Source of the DNA: an uncultured Acidobacteriota bacterium
GTDB lineage: Bacteria; Acidobacteriota; Thermoanaerobaculia; Multivoradales; UBA5704
Assembly (NCBI GenBank): GCA_963700145.1
Contig: OY969474.1
Span: 2,656,001 to 2,720,000 of the forward strand
DNA: 64,000 nucleotides
Direction: 5' to 3'
This document shows positions 19,211 through 29,122 of this stretch, in pieces. The notes under the pieces were generated by a model. The model worked only from the letters and a program-made list of their open reading frames with translations. It had not been told where the DNA came from and searched no databases. Made by a program: the position numbers and the translations under genes. Position 1 is the stretch's first letter; the number at the start of each line of letters is the position of its first letter.

Positions 19211-20275
19211 ATGGCAGCGGACGCGGCACACGGCAAGATCGAGGTGGGCATCCTGGGGGCGACGGGGACCGTCGGCCAGCGCTTCGTGCGCCTCCTCGAA
19301 GATCACCCCTGGTTCGTTCTCCGCTGGGTGGCGGCGAGCGACCGCAGCGCCGGCAAGCGCTACGCCGAGGCCATGACCTGGCAGCTCGAAGGGGCGCCGC
19401 CGGCGGGGGCCGCCGACCTCCGCCTCGACGACTGCACACCCGGGCGCGCGCCGCGCCTCGTCTTCTCCTCGATGAGCTCGGACGTGGCCGGCGAGATCGA
19501 GCGCGCCTTCGCCGCCGCCGGGCACGTCGTGGTCTCCAACTCCAGCAGCTACCGCATGACCCCGGACGTGCCGCTCCTGGTGCCCGAGATCAACCCCGGG
19601 CACCTCGGCCTCCTGCCGGCGCAGCGGCGCGAGCGCGGCTGGGAGGGGGCGCTGGTCTGCAACCCCAACTGCGCCGCAGTGGTGCTGGTGATGGCGCTGG
19701 CGCCGCTGGCGCGTTTCGGCCTGCGGCGCGTGGTGGCGACGACCTTCCAGGCGGTCTCCGGCGCCGGCTACCCCGGGGTGCCGTCGCTCGACGCGCTCGG
19801 CAACGTCATCCCCTTCATCCGCGGCGAGGAGGAGAAGCTCGAGCCCGAGACGCAGAAGATCCTCGGCAGCCTCGACGGCGACCGCGTGCGGCCCTTTCCG
19901 GTGACCGTCTCGGCGCACTGCAACCGGGTGCCGTCGCTCGACGGCCACCTGGTGGCGGCGAGCGTCGAGCTGGAGGAGAAGCCGCCGCTCGACGTGGTGC
20001 GCGCCGCCCTCTGCGCCTTCCGCGGCCTGCCGCAGGAGCGCCGGTTGCCGTCGGCGCCGGAGCGGCCGATCCACCTGCTCGACGCCCCCGATCGCCCCCA
20101 GCCGCGCCGCGACGCAGGGCTCGAGAACGGCATGGCCACCGCCGTCGGGCGGGTGCGCGAGTGCCCGGTGCTGGGCTACAAATTCGTGGCGCTGTCGCAC
20201 AACGTCCTGCGCGGCGCCGCGGGGGCGGCGGTATTGAATGCCGAATTGATGCACTCGGAAGGGCTGCTCGAATGA
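19211..20275 (+). CDS. asd: Aspartate-semialdehyde dehydrogenase
   Basis: GATGTVGQRF, NPNC, QAVSGAGYPG, HNVLRGAAG. Confidence 0.95.
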   Translation: MAADAAHGKIEVGILGATGTVGQRFVRLLEDHPWFVLRWVAASDRSAGKRYAEAMTWQLEGAPPAGAADLRLDDCTPGRAPRLVFSSMSSDVAGEIERAFAAAGHVVVSNSSSYRMTPDVPLLVPEINPGHLGLLPAQRRERGWEGALVCNPNCAAVVLVMALAPLARFGLRRVVATTFQAVSGAGYPGVPSLDALGNVIPFIRGEEEKLEPETQKILGSLDGDRVRPFPVTVSAHCNRVPSLDGHLVAASVELEEKPPLDVVRAALCAFRGLPQERRLPSAPERPIHLLDAPDRPQPRRDAGLENGMATAVGRVRECPVLGYKFVALSHNVLRGAAGAAVLNAELMHSEGLLE

Positions 20276-20282
20276 AGAGCGC

Positions 20283-20373
20283 TGTCATCCTGAGCGCAGC
20301 GAAGGATCTGGGGGCGGGAAGGTCGTGCACCGCCTCCCCCCGCCCAGATCCCTCGCTTTCGCTCGGGATGACA
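20283..20373. repeat. CGTC-type REP doublet
   Basis: gtcatcctgagcgcagcgaaggatctggg ... cccagatccctcgctttcgctcgggatgac. Confidence 0.9.
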
Positions 20374-20405
20374 TGCAAGGGGAACCCCGAGAGGCTGAAA
20401 GTTCC

Positions 20406-21788
20406 ATGATCGTCATGAAGTTCGGCGGCAGCTCGGTGGAGGCGGCGCCGGCCATCGAGCGGGTGGTGGGGATCGTGCGGGCGCGGCTCGGGCGGCGGCC
20501 GGTGGTGGTGGTGTCGGCGATGGGGAAGACGACGCGGCGGCTGCTCGAGATCGGCGACGCTGCGGCGCGCGGCGACCTTGGGCGCGCCCTCGAGCTGGTG
20601 GACGAGCTGCGCGACTTCCACGCCCGCGAGGCGGCGGCGGTGACGGCGGAGGCCGACCGCGCGCGCCTCGACGCCGCCCTCGCCGGCCGCTTCGGCCAGC
20701 TCCGCCAGACGGTCTCCGAGATCGTCGCCGCGCGGGCGCTGGCGCCGCGGCTGGCCGACGAGGTCGCCGCCTACGGCGAGCTGCTGGCGAGCGAGGTCCT
20801 GACCCTGGCGTTGCGGCGCGGCGGCGTGGACGCCGCCTTCCTCGACTGCCGGCGCCTGATCGTCACCGACGACCGCTTCACCCGCGCCGAGCCGCTCTAC
20901 GAGGCGACCGACGAGCGCCTGCGCGCCGCGGTGCCGCCGCTGGTCGACGCCGGCCAGGTGCCTGTCCTCGGCGGCTACGTCGGCGCGACGGAGGAAGGGG
21001 TGACGACGACGCTCGGGCGCGAGGGCTCGGACTTCACGGCGGCAATCGTCGGCGCCGCGCTCGACGCCGAGGAGGTGCAGATCTGGACCGACGTCGAGGG
21101 CATGCTCACCACCGACCCGCGCCTGGTGCCGGCGGCGCGGCTCATCCGCACGCTCTCCTTCGCCGAGGCACTGGAGCTGGCCTCGGCCGGCGCCAAGGTG
21201 CTCCACCCCGGCACGCTCGGGCCGGCCGGGCGCAAGGGGCTGCCGGTGCGGATCCTGAGCTCGCGCCGGCCGGTTGATCCGAGCCGGGGCTCAGACGACG
21301 GCGCCGGCACGCTGATCGGCCGGCGCGGCGCGGCGCCGCCGCACGTCAAGTCGATCGCCTTCCGGCGCAACGCCTACCTGCTGCGGGTGACTTTCGAAGA
21401 CGGCGCGGCGATGCGCGATCTGGCGAGGCTCCTGGCGCCCACCGTTCTCTGGCTGGGGGAGGAAGGAGGGGCGGCGCTCCTGGCGCTCGATCGCGCGGAC
21501 CGGCTCCCCGAGGTCCTCGACCAGCTCCTGCAAGTCGCGCGCGTCGAGGTGCAGCCGGGCCGGCCGGTGGTGTCGCTGGTTTCGGAGGACCTCGCCGATC
21601 ACGGCCCGCTCGCCGGCGAGATCCTGGAGGCCGCCGCGGCGGCGGGCGCTCGCGAGGCGCGTCTGGTCGCCGATGGTGCCGCCTGCGCCGCCGTGCGGGT
21701 CCTCGCGGACGAGGAGGGCATGGCGGACCTCGTCGCCGCTCTCCACCAGAAAGTCTTCGCCAGCTCCTCCGGGGAGGCGGTGCCGTGA
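20406..21788 (+). CDS. lysC: Aspartate kinase
   Basis: MKFGGSSV, VVVSAMG, TTLGREGSD, IWTDVEG, GAKVLHP. Confidence 0.93.
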   Translation: MIVMKFGGSSVEAAPAIERVVGIVRARLGRRPVVVVSAMGKTTRRLLEIGDAAARGDLGRALELVDELRDFHAREAAAVTAEADRARLDAALAGRFGQLRQTVSEIVAARALAPRLADEVAAYGELLASEVLTLALRRGGVDAAFLDCRRLIVTDDRFTRAEPLYEATDERLRAAVPPLVDAGQVPVLGGYVGATEEGVTTTLGREGSDFTAAIVGAALDAEEVQIWTDVEGMLTTDPRLVPAARLIRTLSFAEALELASAGAKVLHPGTLGPAGRKGLPVRILSSRRPVDPSRGSDDGAGTLIGRRGAAPPHVKSIAFRRNAYLLRVTFEDGAAMRDLARLLAPTVLWLGEEGGAALLALDRADRLPEVLDQLLQVARVEVQPGRPVVSLVSEDLADHGPLAGEILEAAAAAGAREARLVADGAACAAVRVLADEEGMADLVAALHQKVFASSSGEAVP

Positions 21789-22483
21789 GCGCCACGCGTC
21801 TCGCTCTGATCGGCTACGGCAAGATGGGCAAGCTCGTCGAGCAGCTCGCGCCGCAGCACGGCTGCGAGGTCGTGGCCCGCGTCGCCGGCTCCGACGGCGG
21901 CGCCGCGGCGATCGCTGCCGAGCGCCTCGCCGGCGCCGAGGTGGCGATCGACTTCTCGGTCGCCTCGGCGGTGGCGGAGAACGCCGAGCGGCTGGCGGCG
22001 CTCGGCCTCGACTTGGCCATCGGCACGACTGGCTGGGGGGAGGTGCTGCCGCGGGTGCGGGCGGCGGTCGAGCGGCACGGCGTGGGGCTCGTCCACGGCG
22101 CCAACTTCTCGGTCGGCGTGCAGGTCTTCTACGGCATCGTCGAGGCGGCGGGGAAGCTCCTCGCCGACGAGGCGGCCTACGGCGCCTGGGCCTACGAGAT
22201 CCACCACGCGGCCAAGCGCGACGCGCCGTCCGGCACTCTCAAGGAGCTGCTGCGGGTGCTCGAGCGCGCCGGTTACGAGCGGCCGGTGGACGCGGCCTCG
22301 AACCGCGCCGGCGCGGTGCCCGGCACGCACCTCCTGGGCTTCGATTCCGAGGCTGATACCATCACCCTCCAGCACACCGCCCGCAGCCGCGCGGGCTTCG
22401 CCCACGGCGCCCTGCGCGCCGCCCGCTGGGTGGTTGGGAAGAAGGGCGTCTTCGAGTTCCGAGAGATTTGGCGCGAGGTGTGA
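21785..22483 (+). CDS. dapB: 4-hydroxy-tetrahydrodipicolinate reductase
   Basis: GYGKMG, GTTG, EIHHAAKRDAPSGT, FAHGA. Confidence 0.95.
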   Translation: MSATRLALIGYGKMGKLVEQLAPQHGCEVVARVAGSDGGAAAIAAERLAGAEVAIDFSVASAVAENAERLAALGLDLAIGTTGWGEVLPRVRAAVERHGVGLVHGANFSVGVQVFYGIVEAAGKLLADEAAYGAWAYEIHHAAKRDAPSGTLKELLRVLERAGYERPVDAASNRAGAVPGTHLLGFDSEADTITLQHTARSRAGFAHGALRAARWVVGKKGVFEFREIWREV

Positions 22484-22489
22484 ACCGTT

Positions 22490-22525
22490 CCCCCGCCCAG
22501 ATCCTTCGCTGCGCTCAGGATGACG
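22490..22525. repeat. CGTC-type REP, single copy
   Basis: cccgcccagatccttcgctgcgctcaggatgacg. Confidence 0.9.
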
Positions 22526-22544
22526 TGATCGGAGGAGGATCCCC

Positions 22545-23507
22545 ATGAAGTTCAAGGGCTGCGGCACGGCGTTGGTCACCCCCTTCCGCCGCGATCTCTC
22601 GCTCGACGAGGACACCCTCCGCCGGCTGGTGCGGCGGCAGATCGAGGGGGGCATCCACTTCCTCGTCCCCTGCGGCACGACCGGCGAGAACCCGACGCTC
22701 AGCCGCGGCGAGCACCTGCGGGTGGTCGAGATCACGCTGGAGGAGGCGAGCGGCAAGGTGCCGGTGCTCGCCGGCTCGGGCGGCAACGACACGCGCGAGG
22801 TGGTCGGGCTGGCGAAGGAGCTGGCGGCGCTCGGCGCCGACGGCCTGCTGGTGGTGACGCCGTACTACAACAAGCCGACCCCCGAAGGCCTCTTCCAGCA
22901 CTACGCGGCCATCGCCGCCGCCACGCCGCTGCCGATCGTGGTCTACAACGTCCCCGGGCGCACAGGCCTCAACGTCGATCCCGCGACGCTGCGGCGGCTG
23001 GCGGAGATCGACCGCGTGGTGGCGGTCAAGGAGGCGTCGGGCAACATCTCGCAGATGGCGGCGATCTGCCAGACGCTGCCCGAGGACTTCGCGGTGCTCT
23101 CCGGCGACGACTCGGTGACCCTGCCGCTCATCGCGCTCGGCGGCGTCGGCCTCATCTCGGTCGCCTCGAACGAGGCGCCCTACGCCATGGCGCGGCTCTG
23201 CAGCCTCGCCCTCGACGGCGACTTCGCCGCGGCGCGCGAGGTCCACCGCCGCCTCTTCGAGCTGATGGAGGTCAACTTCGTCGAGGCGAACCCCGGGCCG
23301 GTCAAAGCCGCGCTCGGGCTCATGGGCCTCCTCGAGCCGGTCTTCCGCCTGCCGCTCGTGCCGCCCAAGCCGGCGAGCCTCGAGAAGGTCCGCGCGGCGC
23401 TGGTCGGGCTCGGGCTGCTGCCGGGCGAGGGCGACGAGGCCGGTACCGGTACGGTGGGCGCCGGGATCGCCGTGCCCGAGCCCGCCGCCGCGGCCGCCGC
23501 GACGTGA
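22545..23507 (+). CDS. dapA: 4-hydroxy-tetrahydrodipicolinate synthase
   Basis: GTTGE, PYYNKP, YNVPGRTG, KEASG. Confidence 0.96.
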   Translation: MKFKGCGTALVTPFRRDLSLDEDTLRRLVRRQIEGGIHFLVPCGTTGENPTLSRGEHLRVVEITLEEASGKVPVLAGSGGNDTREVVGLAKELAALGADGLLVVTPYYNKPTPEGLFQHYAAIAAATPLPIVVYNVPGRTGLNVDPATLRRLAEIDRVVAVKEASGNISQMAAICQTLPEDFAVLSGDDSVTLPLIALGGVGLISVASNEAPYAMARLCSLALDGDFAAAREVHRRLFELMEVNFVEANPGPVKAALGLMGLLEPVFRLPLVPPKPASLEKVRAALVGLGLLPGEGDEAGTGTVGAGIAVPEPAAAAAAT

Positions 23508-24370
23508 GCGCGGAAACGCTCGCCGAGCTGGCGGACGCCATCGACCGCCTCTTCGCCGAGCCCCCGACCTACACCGCCGAGGACCGCGCCCTCTTCGCCC
23601 GCTTCAAGGAGGCGCTCAACCGCGGCGAAGCGCGCGCCGCCGAGCCCGACCCCGCCTCCCCCACCGGCTGGCGCGCCAACCCCTGGGTCAAGCGCGGCAT
23701 CCTGCTCGGCTTCCGCATGGGGTCGATCGTCGACATGACGGTCGGCCCCCCCGGCGGGCCGCACCTCCCCTTCTTCGACAAGGACACCTACCCGCCGCGC
23801 GAGCTGGCGCCCGGCGACGGCGTGCGGCTGGTGCCCGGCGGCTCGGCGATCCGCGACGGCTGCTACCTCGGGCGCGGCGTGACCTGCATGCCGCCGATGT
23901 ACGTCAACGTCGGCGCCTGGGTGGACGACGGCACGCTGATCGACTCGCACGCCCTGGTCGGAAGCTGCGCGCAGGTCGGCAAGCGCGTGCACCTCTCGGC
24001 CGCCGCGCAGCTCGGCGGCGTGATCGAGCCGGTCGGCGCGCTGCCGGTGATCGTCGAGGACGACGTCCTGGTGGGCGGCAACTGCGGCGTCTACGAGGGG
24101 ACGGTGGTCAAGCGCCGCGCGGTCCTGGCGGCCGGGGTGGTGCTCACCCGCTCGACCCCGGTCTACGACCTGGTGCGCGAGACGATCCACCGCGCGAGCG
24201 AGAGCGACCCGCTGGTGATCCCGGAGGAAGCGGTCGTCGTCCCCGGCGCCCGCGCCGTCACCCGCGGCGCCGGCAAGGAGTGGGGGCTGTCGCTGGCGAC
24301 GCCGGTGATCGTCAAGTACCGCGACGCGGCGACGGACGAGCGGGTACGGCTGGAGGACTGGCTCAGGTAG
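23504..24370 (+). CDS. dapD: Tetrahydrodipicolinate N-succinyltransferase
   Basis: WVKRGILLGFR, YVNVGAWVD, VGSCAQVG, hexapeptide repeats. Confidence 0.93.
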   Translation: MSAETLAELADAIDRLFAEPPTYTAEDRALFARFKEALNRGEARAAEPDPASPTGWRANPWVKRGILLGFRMGSIVDMTVGPPGGPHLPFFDKDTYPPRELAPGDGVRLVPGGSAIRDGCYLGRGVTCMPPMYVNVGAWVDDGTLIDSHALVGSCAQVGKRVHLSAAAQLGGVIEPVGALPVIVEDDVLVGGNCGVYEGTVVKRRAVLAAGVVLTRSTPVYDLVRETIHRASESDPLVIPEEAVVVPGARAVTRGAGKEWGLSLATPVIVKYRDAATDERVRLEDWLR

Positions 24371-25226
24371 CGGCGGCGGCGGCTTCCAGCTCGTGCAGCA
24401 GGAGCGCCTGCGCGAAGGCGGGCGGGGAGCCGATGAGGGCGCGGAGGAGGGTCTTGGCCTTGCTTTCGATCGCCGCGGCGAGGTCGCTTTCGGGCGGGAA
24501 GGGGAAGGTGAGGAAGCCGACGCCTTCGCCGGCGGCGTCGACCTTGACCGGGAAAAGATTCGGGTGGAGAGCGGCGAGGCGCCAGAACGCCGACGGCGAG
24601 GGCTCGCCGTCGGCGACGATGACGGCCAGCGGGCGGCGGGCGGCGATCGCGGCTAGCCGGGCAAGAGGCGCACCGTCTTCGCCACCCAGAACCACGAGCG
24701 CCGGCTTGCCGTCCGCTTCCCCACCCAGCTCTTCCAGCCCCACCCGCCGGGCGCCGGTGCGCAGCGTGAACGTCGCTGCGTAGTCCTCGGGCGCGTCCGC
24801 CGGCAGCGCCACGCACGTCCCCTCGCCCGCGAACAGCTCCGCCGCGATCGCCAGGGCCTGCACACGCCCGGCGGTCACCAGCGGCAGCGTGGAGAGGAGT
24901 TCCTCCGCCACGCCGCGCCGCTGCCGCTCCCGCCACCGCCGGCGCAGCTCGAGGAAGCCCTCGACTGGCGAGTAGAGGAAGGCGCGGCTCCGCTCGGCGT
25001 CGCTCAGGTCCGTAATCGCCGCCGCCATCGCCGGCAGCGGCACGGCGCGGCCGTGGCCGTCGGTGATCTGCCCGATCGTGGCGTTGAACGGCTTGCCGCG
25101 CGCCTCGGCGCTCTGCTGCGGCAGGAAGTTGGCGGGCTGGCGCAGGCGGCGGCCGAGCGGCGAGAGGCACTCCCAGAGCGCCGGGCAGCCGCGGCGGATC
25201 GCTTCGTCGGCGGGGGAGAGGTCCAT
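24363..25226 (-). CDS. Degenerate class I/II aminotransferase-like protein (pseudoenzyme or relic)
   Basis: LSPLGRR, QSAEA, NATIG, YSPVEG..ELR; the usual PLP motifs and C-terminal domain are missing. Confidence 0.65.
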   Translation of the reverse strand: MDLSPADEAIRRGCPALWECLSPLGRRLRQPANFLPQQSAEARGKPFNATIGQITDGHGRAVPLPAMAAAITDLSDAERSRAFLYSPVEGFLELRRRWRERQRRGVAEELLSTLPLVTAGRVQALAIAAELFAGEGTCVALPADAPEDYAATFTLRTGARRVGLEELGGEADGKPALVVLGGEDGAPLARLAAIAARRPLAVIVADGEPSPSAFWRLAALHPNLFPVKVDAAGEGVGFLTFPFPPESDLAAAIESKAKTLLRALIGSPPAFAQALLLHELEAAAAAT

Positions 25227-25317
25227 GGCGCGGCCGATCCTATCCGGCAGGCCGCCTGTACAATGCCCGTCCCGCTTGCGCGCCCGCCGCGCACCCGTCC
25301 TGCCGGAGGAGATCCCC

Positions 25318-27261
25318 ATGGCCGCCCACGTCGAAACGCTGCCGTTCCAGGCCGAGACCCGGCAGCTGCTGGACCTGATGATCCACTCGCTGTACTCGCA
25401 CAAGGAGATCTTCCTGCGCGAGCTGATCTCGAACGCCTCCGACGCCCTCGACCGCCTGCGCTTCGAGGCGCTCACCCGCCCGGAGCTCCTGGCCGGCGAC
25501 GAGACGCTGGAAATCCGCCTCGAGGCCGACCCCGCCGCCCGCACCCTCACCGTCCGCGACAACGGCATCGGCATGAGCCGCGAGGAGGTGATCGCCAACA
25601 TCGGCACGATCGCCAAGTCGGGGACGCGCGAGCTGGTGGACCGGCTGCGGGAGGGCGAGCCGAAGGAGCTGGTCGCCGAGCTGATCGGGCAGTTCGGGGT
25701 GGGCTTTTACTCCTCGTTCATGGCCGCCGAGCGGGTGGTGCTGGAGACGCGGCGCGCCGGCGAGGACACGGCGACGCGCTGGGAATCGACCGGCGACGGC
25801 ACCTACACCGTCGCGGACGCCGAAAAGCCGGGGCGCGGCACGACGATCACCCTGCACCTGAAGCCCGCCGACCCCGAGAACGGCCTCGAGGACTACGCCG
25901 ACCGCTGGGTGCTGTCGCGCATCGTCCGGCGCTACTCGGACTTCGTCGCCTACCCGATCGTGCTGCGCGCCGAGAAGGACCCCGAGATCGAGGACCTGGC
26001 GGCGGAGCGGGAGGGCAAGCCGCGGCCGCGCGAGATCGAGGAGAAGGTCCTCAACTCGATGAAGCCGATCTGGACGCGGCCGCAGGCCGAGGTCGAGCCC
26101 GAGGAGTACCGCGAGTTCTACCGCCACATCAGCCACGACTGGAACGAGCCGCTCAAGCACCTCTCGCTGCGGGCCGAGGGGCGGGTCGAGTACCAGGCGC
26201 TCCTCTTCATCCCCAAGCAGGCGCCCCACGACCTCTACTACGTCGGCGCCAAGGCCGGCCTCCAGCTCTACGTGCGGCGGGTGCAGATCATGGAGCGCTG
26301 CGAGGACCTGCTGCCCCACTACCTGCGCTTCGTGCACGGCATCGTCGACTCGCCCGACCTGCCGCTCAACGTCTCGCGCGAGATGCTGCAGCAGGACCGC
26401 CACATCGCCCAGATGCGGAAGTGGCTGACGAAGAAGGTCCTCGAGGCCCTCGACGAGACGCGGCGCGACCAGCCCGAGGAGTACCTCGCCTTCTGGGGCG
26501 AGTTCGGGCGCGCCATCAAGGAGGGCGCGAGCAGCGACCACGAGAACAAGGAGCGGCTCCTGGAGCTGCTCCTCTTCCACTCCTCGCACGACGCCGAGAA
26601 GCTGACCTCACTCGCCGACTACGTCGGGCGCATGCAGCCGGAGCAGAAGGAGGTCTTCTACCTGACTGGCGAGTCGCTGGCGCAGGTCGGGACCTCGCCG
26701 CACCTCGAGGCCTTCCGCGCCAAGGGGATCGAGGTGCTCTACCTGATCGACCCGGTGGACGAGCTGCTGGTGCAGACGCTGCCCGAGCTCCAGGGCAAGA
26801 AGCTCAAGTCGATCGGCAAGGGGACGGTGGCGCTGGGCAGCGAGGAGGAACGCAAGGAGGCCGAGGCGTCGCTCAAGGAGCGGGAGGAGGCGCTCAAGCC
26901 GCTCCTCGACGCCCTCCAGCAGCGGCTCGACGAGCACGTCAAGCAGGTGCGGCTCACCAACCGGCTGACCAGCTCGCCGGTCTGCCTGGTCGGCGCCGAG
27001 CACGACTACAGCCCGCAGCTCGAGCGGCTACTGCAGAAGGGGAAGGGGGGCGGCCCGAAGCAGCGGCGGATCCTCGAGCTCAACCCGCAGCACGAGGTGC
27101 TGGCGCGCCTCGAGGAGCGGTTCGCGCGGGACGCCACCGACCCGTTGCTCGACGACTACGCCGACCTGCTGCTGGGCTACGGCCTGATCGCCGAAGGCTC
27201 GGAGCTGCCCGACCCGGCGCGCTTCAACGGCGCGGTGGCGAGGTTGATGGTGCGGGCGTAG
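25318..27261 (+). CDS. htpG: Chaperone HtpG (Hsp90)
   Basis: FQAETRQLLDLMIHSLYS, LRELISNASDA, IGQFGVGFYS. Confidence 0.98.
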   Translation: MAAHVETLPFQAETRQLLDLMIHSLYSHKEIFLRELISNASDALDRLRFEALTRPELLAGDETLEIRLEADPAARTLTVRDNGIGMSREEVIANIGTIAKSGTRELVDRLREGEPKELVAELIGQFGVGFYSSFMAAERVVLETRRAGEDTATRWESTGDGTYTVADAEKPGRGTTITLHLKPADPENGLEDYADRWVLSRIVRRYSDFVAYPIVLRAEKDPEIEDLAAEREGKPRPREIEEKVLNSMKPIWTRPQAEVEPEEYREFYRHISHDWNEPLKHLSLRAEGRVEYQALLFIPKQAPHDLYYVGAKAGLQLYVRRVQIMERCEDLLPHYLRFVHGIVDSPDLPLNVSREMLQQDRHIAQMRKWLTKKVLEALDETRRDQPEEYLAFWGEFGRAIKEGASSDHENKERLLELLLFHSSHDAEKLTSLADYVGRMQPEQKEVFYLTGESLAQVGTSPHLEAFRAKGIEVLYLIDPVDELLVQTLPELQGKKLKSIGKGTVALGSEEERKEAEASLKEREEALKPLLDALQQRLDEHVKQVRLTNRLTSSPVCLVGAEHDYSPQLERLLQKGKGGGPKQRRILELNPQHEVLARLEERFARDATDPLLDDYADLLLGYGLIAEGSELPDPARFNGAVARLMVRA

Positions 27262-27269
27262 CGGACAAA

Positions 27270-27291
27270 CGCCCGGGACGTGGCCCGGGCG
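27270..27291. terminator. Hairpin between convergent htpG and uppS
   Basis: cgcccggg-acgtgg-cccgggcg; followed by TTTG on the minus strand. Confidence 0.5.
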
Positions 27292-28050
27292 CTACGGCAT
27301 CCAGAACGGCAGGACATTGCCCCGCCCGCCGGCTGTCGCGCCGGCAATGGCGGGCGCCGCCGCCGCTCCCACCCGCCCGAAGCGGCGCTCGCGACGGCGG
27401 AACTCCTCGACCCCCGCCGCGAGATCGGCGCCGTCGAAGTCCGGCCACATCCGGTCGGTGAAGACCAGCTCGGCGTAGGCGCACTCCCAGAGCAGGAAGT
27501 CCGAGAGCCGCTTCTCGCCGCCGGTGCGGATGAGGACATCCACGTCCGGCACCGGCTCGCCGCCGTGCGCCTGGGCGAGGAGGCGCGAGAAGGCCTCGCG
27601 CGAGACGTCGCCCGAGCCGGGGAGGCGGCGGGCGGCGTGGAGGATGGCGTCGCGCGCCGAGTAATCCACGGCGATGCGCAGCAGGAAGCGCGTGCCGCCG
27701 GCGGTCTGCGCCTCGGCGCGCTCGATGGCGCGCCGCAGGCGCGCGTCCAGCCGATCGCGGCGGCCGATGACCGTGATCCGCACCCCCTCCTCGGCGCAGC
27801 GCCCCGCCTCCTCGGAGAGGTAGTGGCGGAAGAGGCGCATGAGGTGCGTGACCTCGCCCGCCGGGCGCTGCCAGTTGTCGGAGGAGAAGGCGAAGAGGGT
27901 GAGGGTGCCGATGCCGAGGTCGGCGGCCGACTCGACGGTCCGCCGCACCGCATCGGCGCCGGCGCGGTGCCCCTCGGCGCGGGTCTTGCCGCGCGCCGTG
28001 GCCCAGCGGCCGTTGCCGTCCATGATGATGGCGACGTGGAGCGCGCTCAT
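27292..28050 (-). CDS. uppS: Polyprenyl diphosphate synthase (cis-prenyltransferase)
   Basis: [38 protein letters not shown]. Confidence 0.93.
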   Translation of the reverse strand: MSALHVAIIMDGNGRWATARGKTRAEGHRAGADAVRRTVESAADLGIGTLTLFAFSSDNWQRPAGEVTHLMRLFRHYLSEEAGRCAEEGVRITVIGRRDRLDARLRRAIERAEAQTAGGTRFLLRIAVDYSARDAILHAARRLPGSGDVSREAFSRLLAQAHGGEPVPDVDVLIRTGGEKRLSDFLLWECAYAELVFTDRMWPDFDGADLAAGVEEFRRRERRFGRVGAAAAPAIAGATAGGRGNVLPFWMP

Positions 28051-28064
28051 CGTCCTCCCACCCC

Positions 28065-28460
28065 CTAGCTCAGCCGCGTGGCGTGGATGATCGCTTCCAT
28101 GTGATCGAGGTAGCGCTCGAGCGCCTTCCGGCCCGACGCCGCCAGCCGGTACTCGGTCTTCGGCACCCGCCCCTCGAAGCGCTTGTCGCAGACGACGTAG
28201 CCCGCCTCCTCCAGCTTGCGGGCGTGGACGCTCAAGTTCCCGTCGGTCGTCTTGAGCAGGCGCTTCAAGTCGTTGAAGCTCAGCCGGTCGTTGACGGCCA
28301 AGGCGCTGACGATGCCCAACCGGATGCGCTCGTGGATCAGCCGGTCGAGGCCCATCGCCTCGCGCTCGCCGCCGTGGCGCGGGCCCTCCGGACCCTTCCC
28401 TTCCGACGGCCCGGGCCGGTGCGCGTGGTCGGCGGCGGCGAGCGGCTTGCGCCTAGCCAC
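28065..28460 (-). CDS. Winged-helix transcriptional regulator; alternative start 28355
   Basis: [34 protein letters not shown]. Confidence 0.9.
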   Translation of the reverse strand: MARRKPLAAADHAHRPGPSEGKGPEGPRHGGEREAMGLDRLIHERIRLGIVSALAVNDRLSFNDLKRLLKTTDGNLSVHARKLEEAGYVVCDKRFEGRVPKTEYRLAASGRKALERYLDHMEAIIHATRLS

Positions 28461-29067
28461 CGTGCCGCCGCGCGATGATCGCGCCGAAGAGGAGGTGGAG
28501 GCCGCCGAAGCCGGCGGCGAGGAGCGCGTCCCCCCAGGAGTGAGGCGCGAAGAGGGCGAGGGCGCCCAGGGCCATGAACGCCAGCCCCATGACCGGCACG
28601 ATGCGCACCGAGAAGGCACCGCCGGTGGCGATGCCGGCGCCGTAGAGGAGGAGCCAGACGCCGGGCAGGAACCCGACCCGGCCGGCGTCGAAGAGCGCGG
28701 CGGTCAGGAGCGCGCCGGCGAGGAGCGGCGGGAAGAGGCTCAGCAGGAAGCGCCGGCCGGGGACCGAGAAGAAGCTCCCCTCCAGCCGCTGCGCCTTCCA
28801 GAGCGACGCCCCGACGGTGAGGATGAAGGCCAGCGCCGCCTCGCCGAGCCAGGTGGCGAGCCAGGTCTCCGGCGTCGTCTGCCGCGCGGCGAGCCAGGCG
28901 GCGCCGATCGCCGTCGCGCCGACCGCCATCTCCCCCGCCCCGGAGACGGCGGTGAAGCAGGCCGCCCCCTCCATCGTCTCGCGGATGTAGCGCAGGTTGT
29001 CCATCGCCCGCGCGTGCAGCTCGCGCGGCGGCTGGAAGCGGAGGGGCGGCGTCGGGGTGGAGCTCAC
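28453..29067 (-). CDS. Membrane protein co-transcribed with the regulator
   Basis: AMDNLRYIRETME, GFGGLHLLFG; about 6 TM. Confidence 0.85.
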   Translation of the reverse strand: MSSTPTPPLRFQPPRELHARAMDNLRYIRETMEGAACFTAVSGAGEMAVGATAIGAAWLAARQTTPETWLATWLGEAALAFILTVGASLWKAQRLEGSFFSVPGRRFLLSLFPPLLAGALLTAALFDAGRVGFLPGVWLLLYGAGIATGGAFSVRIVPVMGLAFMALGALALFAPHSWGDALLAAGFGGLHLLFGAIIARRHGG

Positions 29068-29075
29068 GACAGGAG

Positions 29076-29122
29076 AGTGTAGGAGGAGAACGGGCCGACG
29101 TCAAGTACTTTGCAAAGCAAAG
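29076..29122 (-). promoter_or_regulatory. Sigma70 promoter with adjacent palindromic operator
   Basis: TTGACG-17-TACACT on the minus strand; ctttgc-aaa-gcaaag at 29108-29122. Confidence 0.65.

Noticed and set aside
20325-20405. N-terminal extension of LysC and VILSAAKDL / RHPERSEGS peptides in nearby ORFs
   Set aside because: Translations of REP DNA; the LysC motif starts at ATG 20406.
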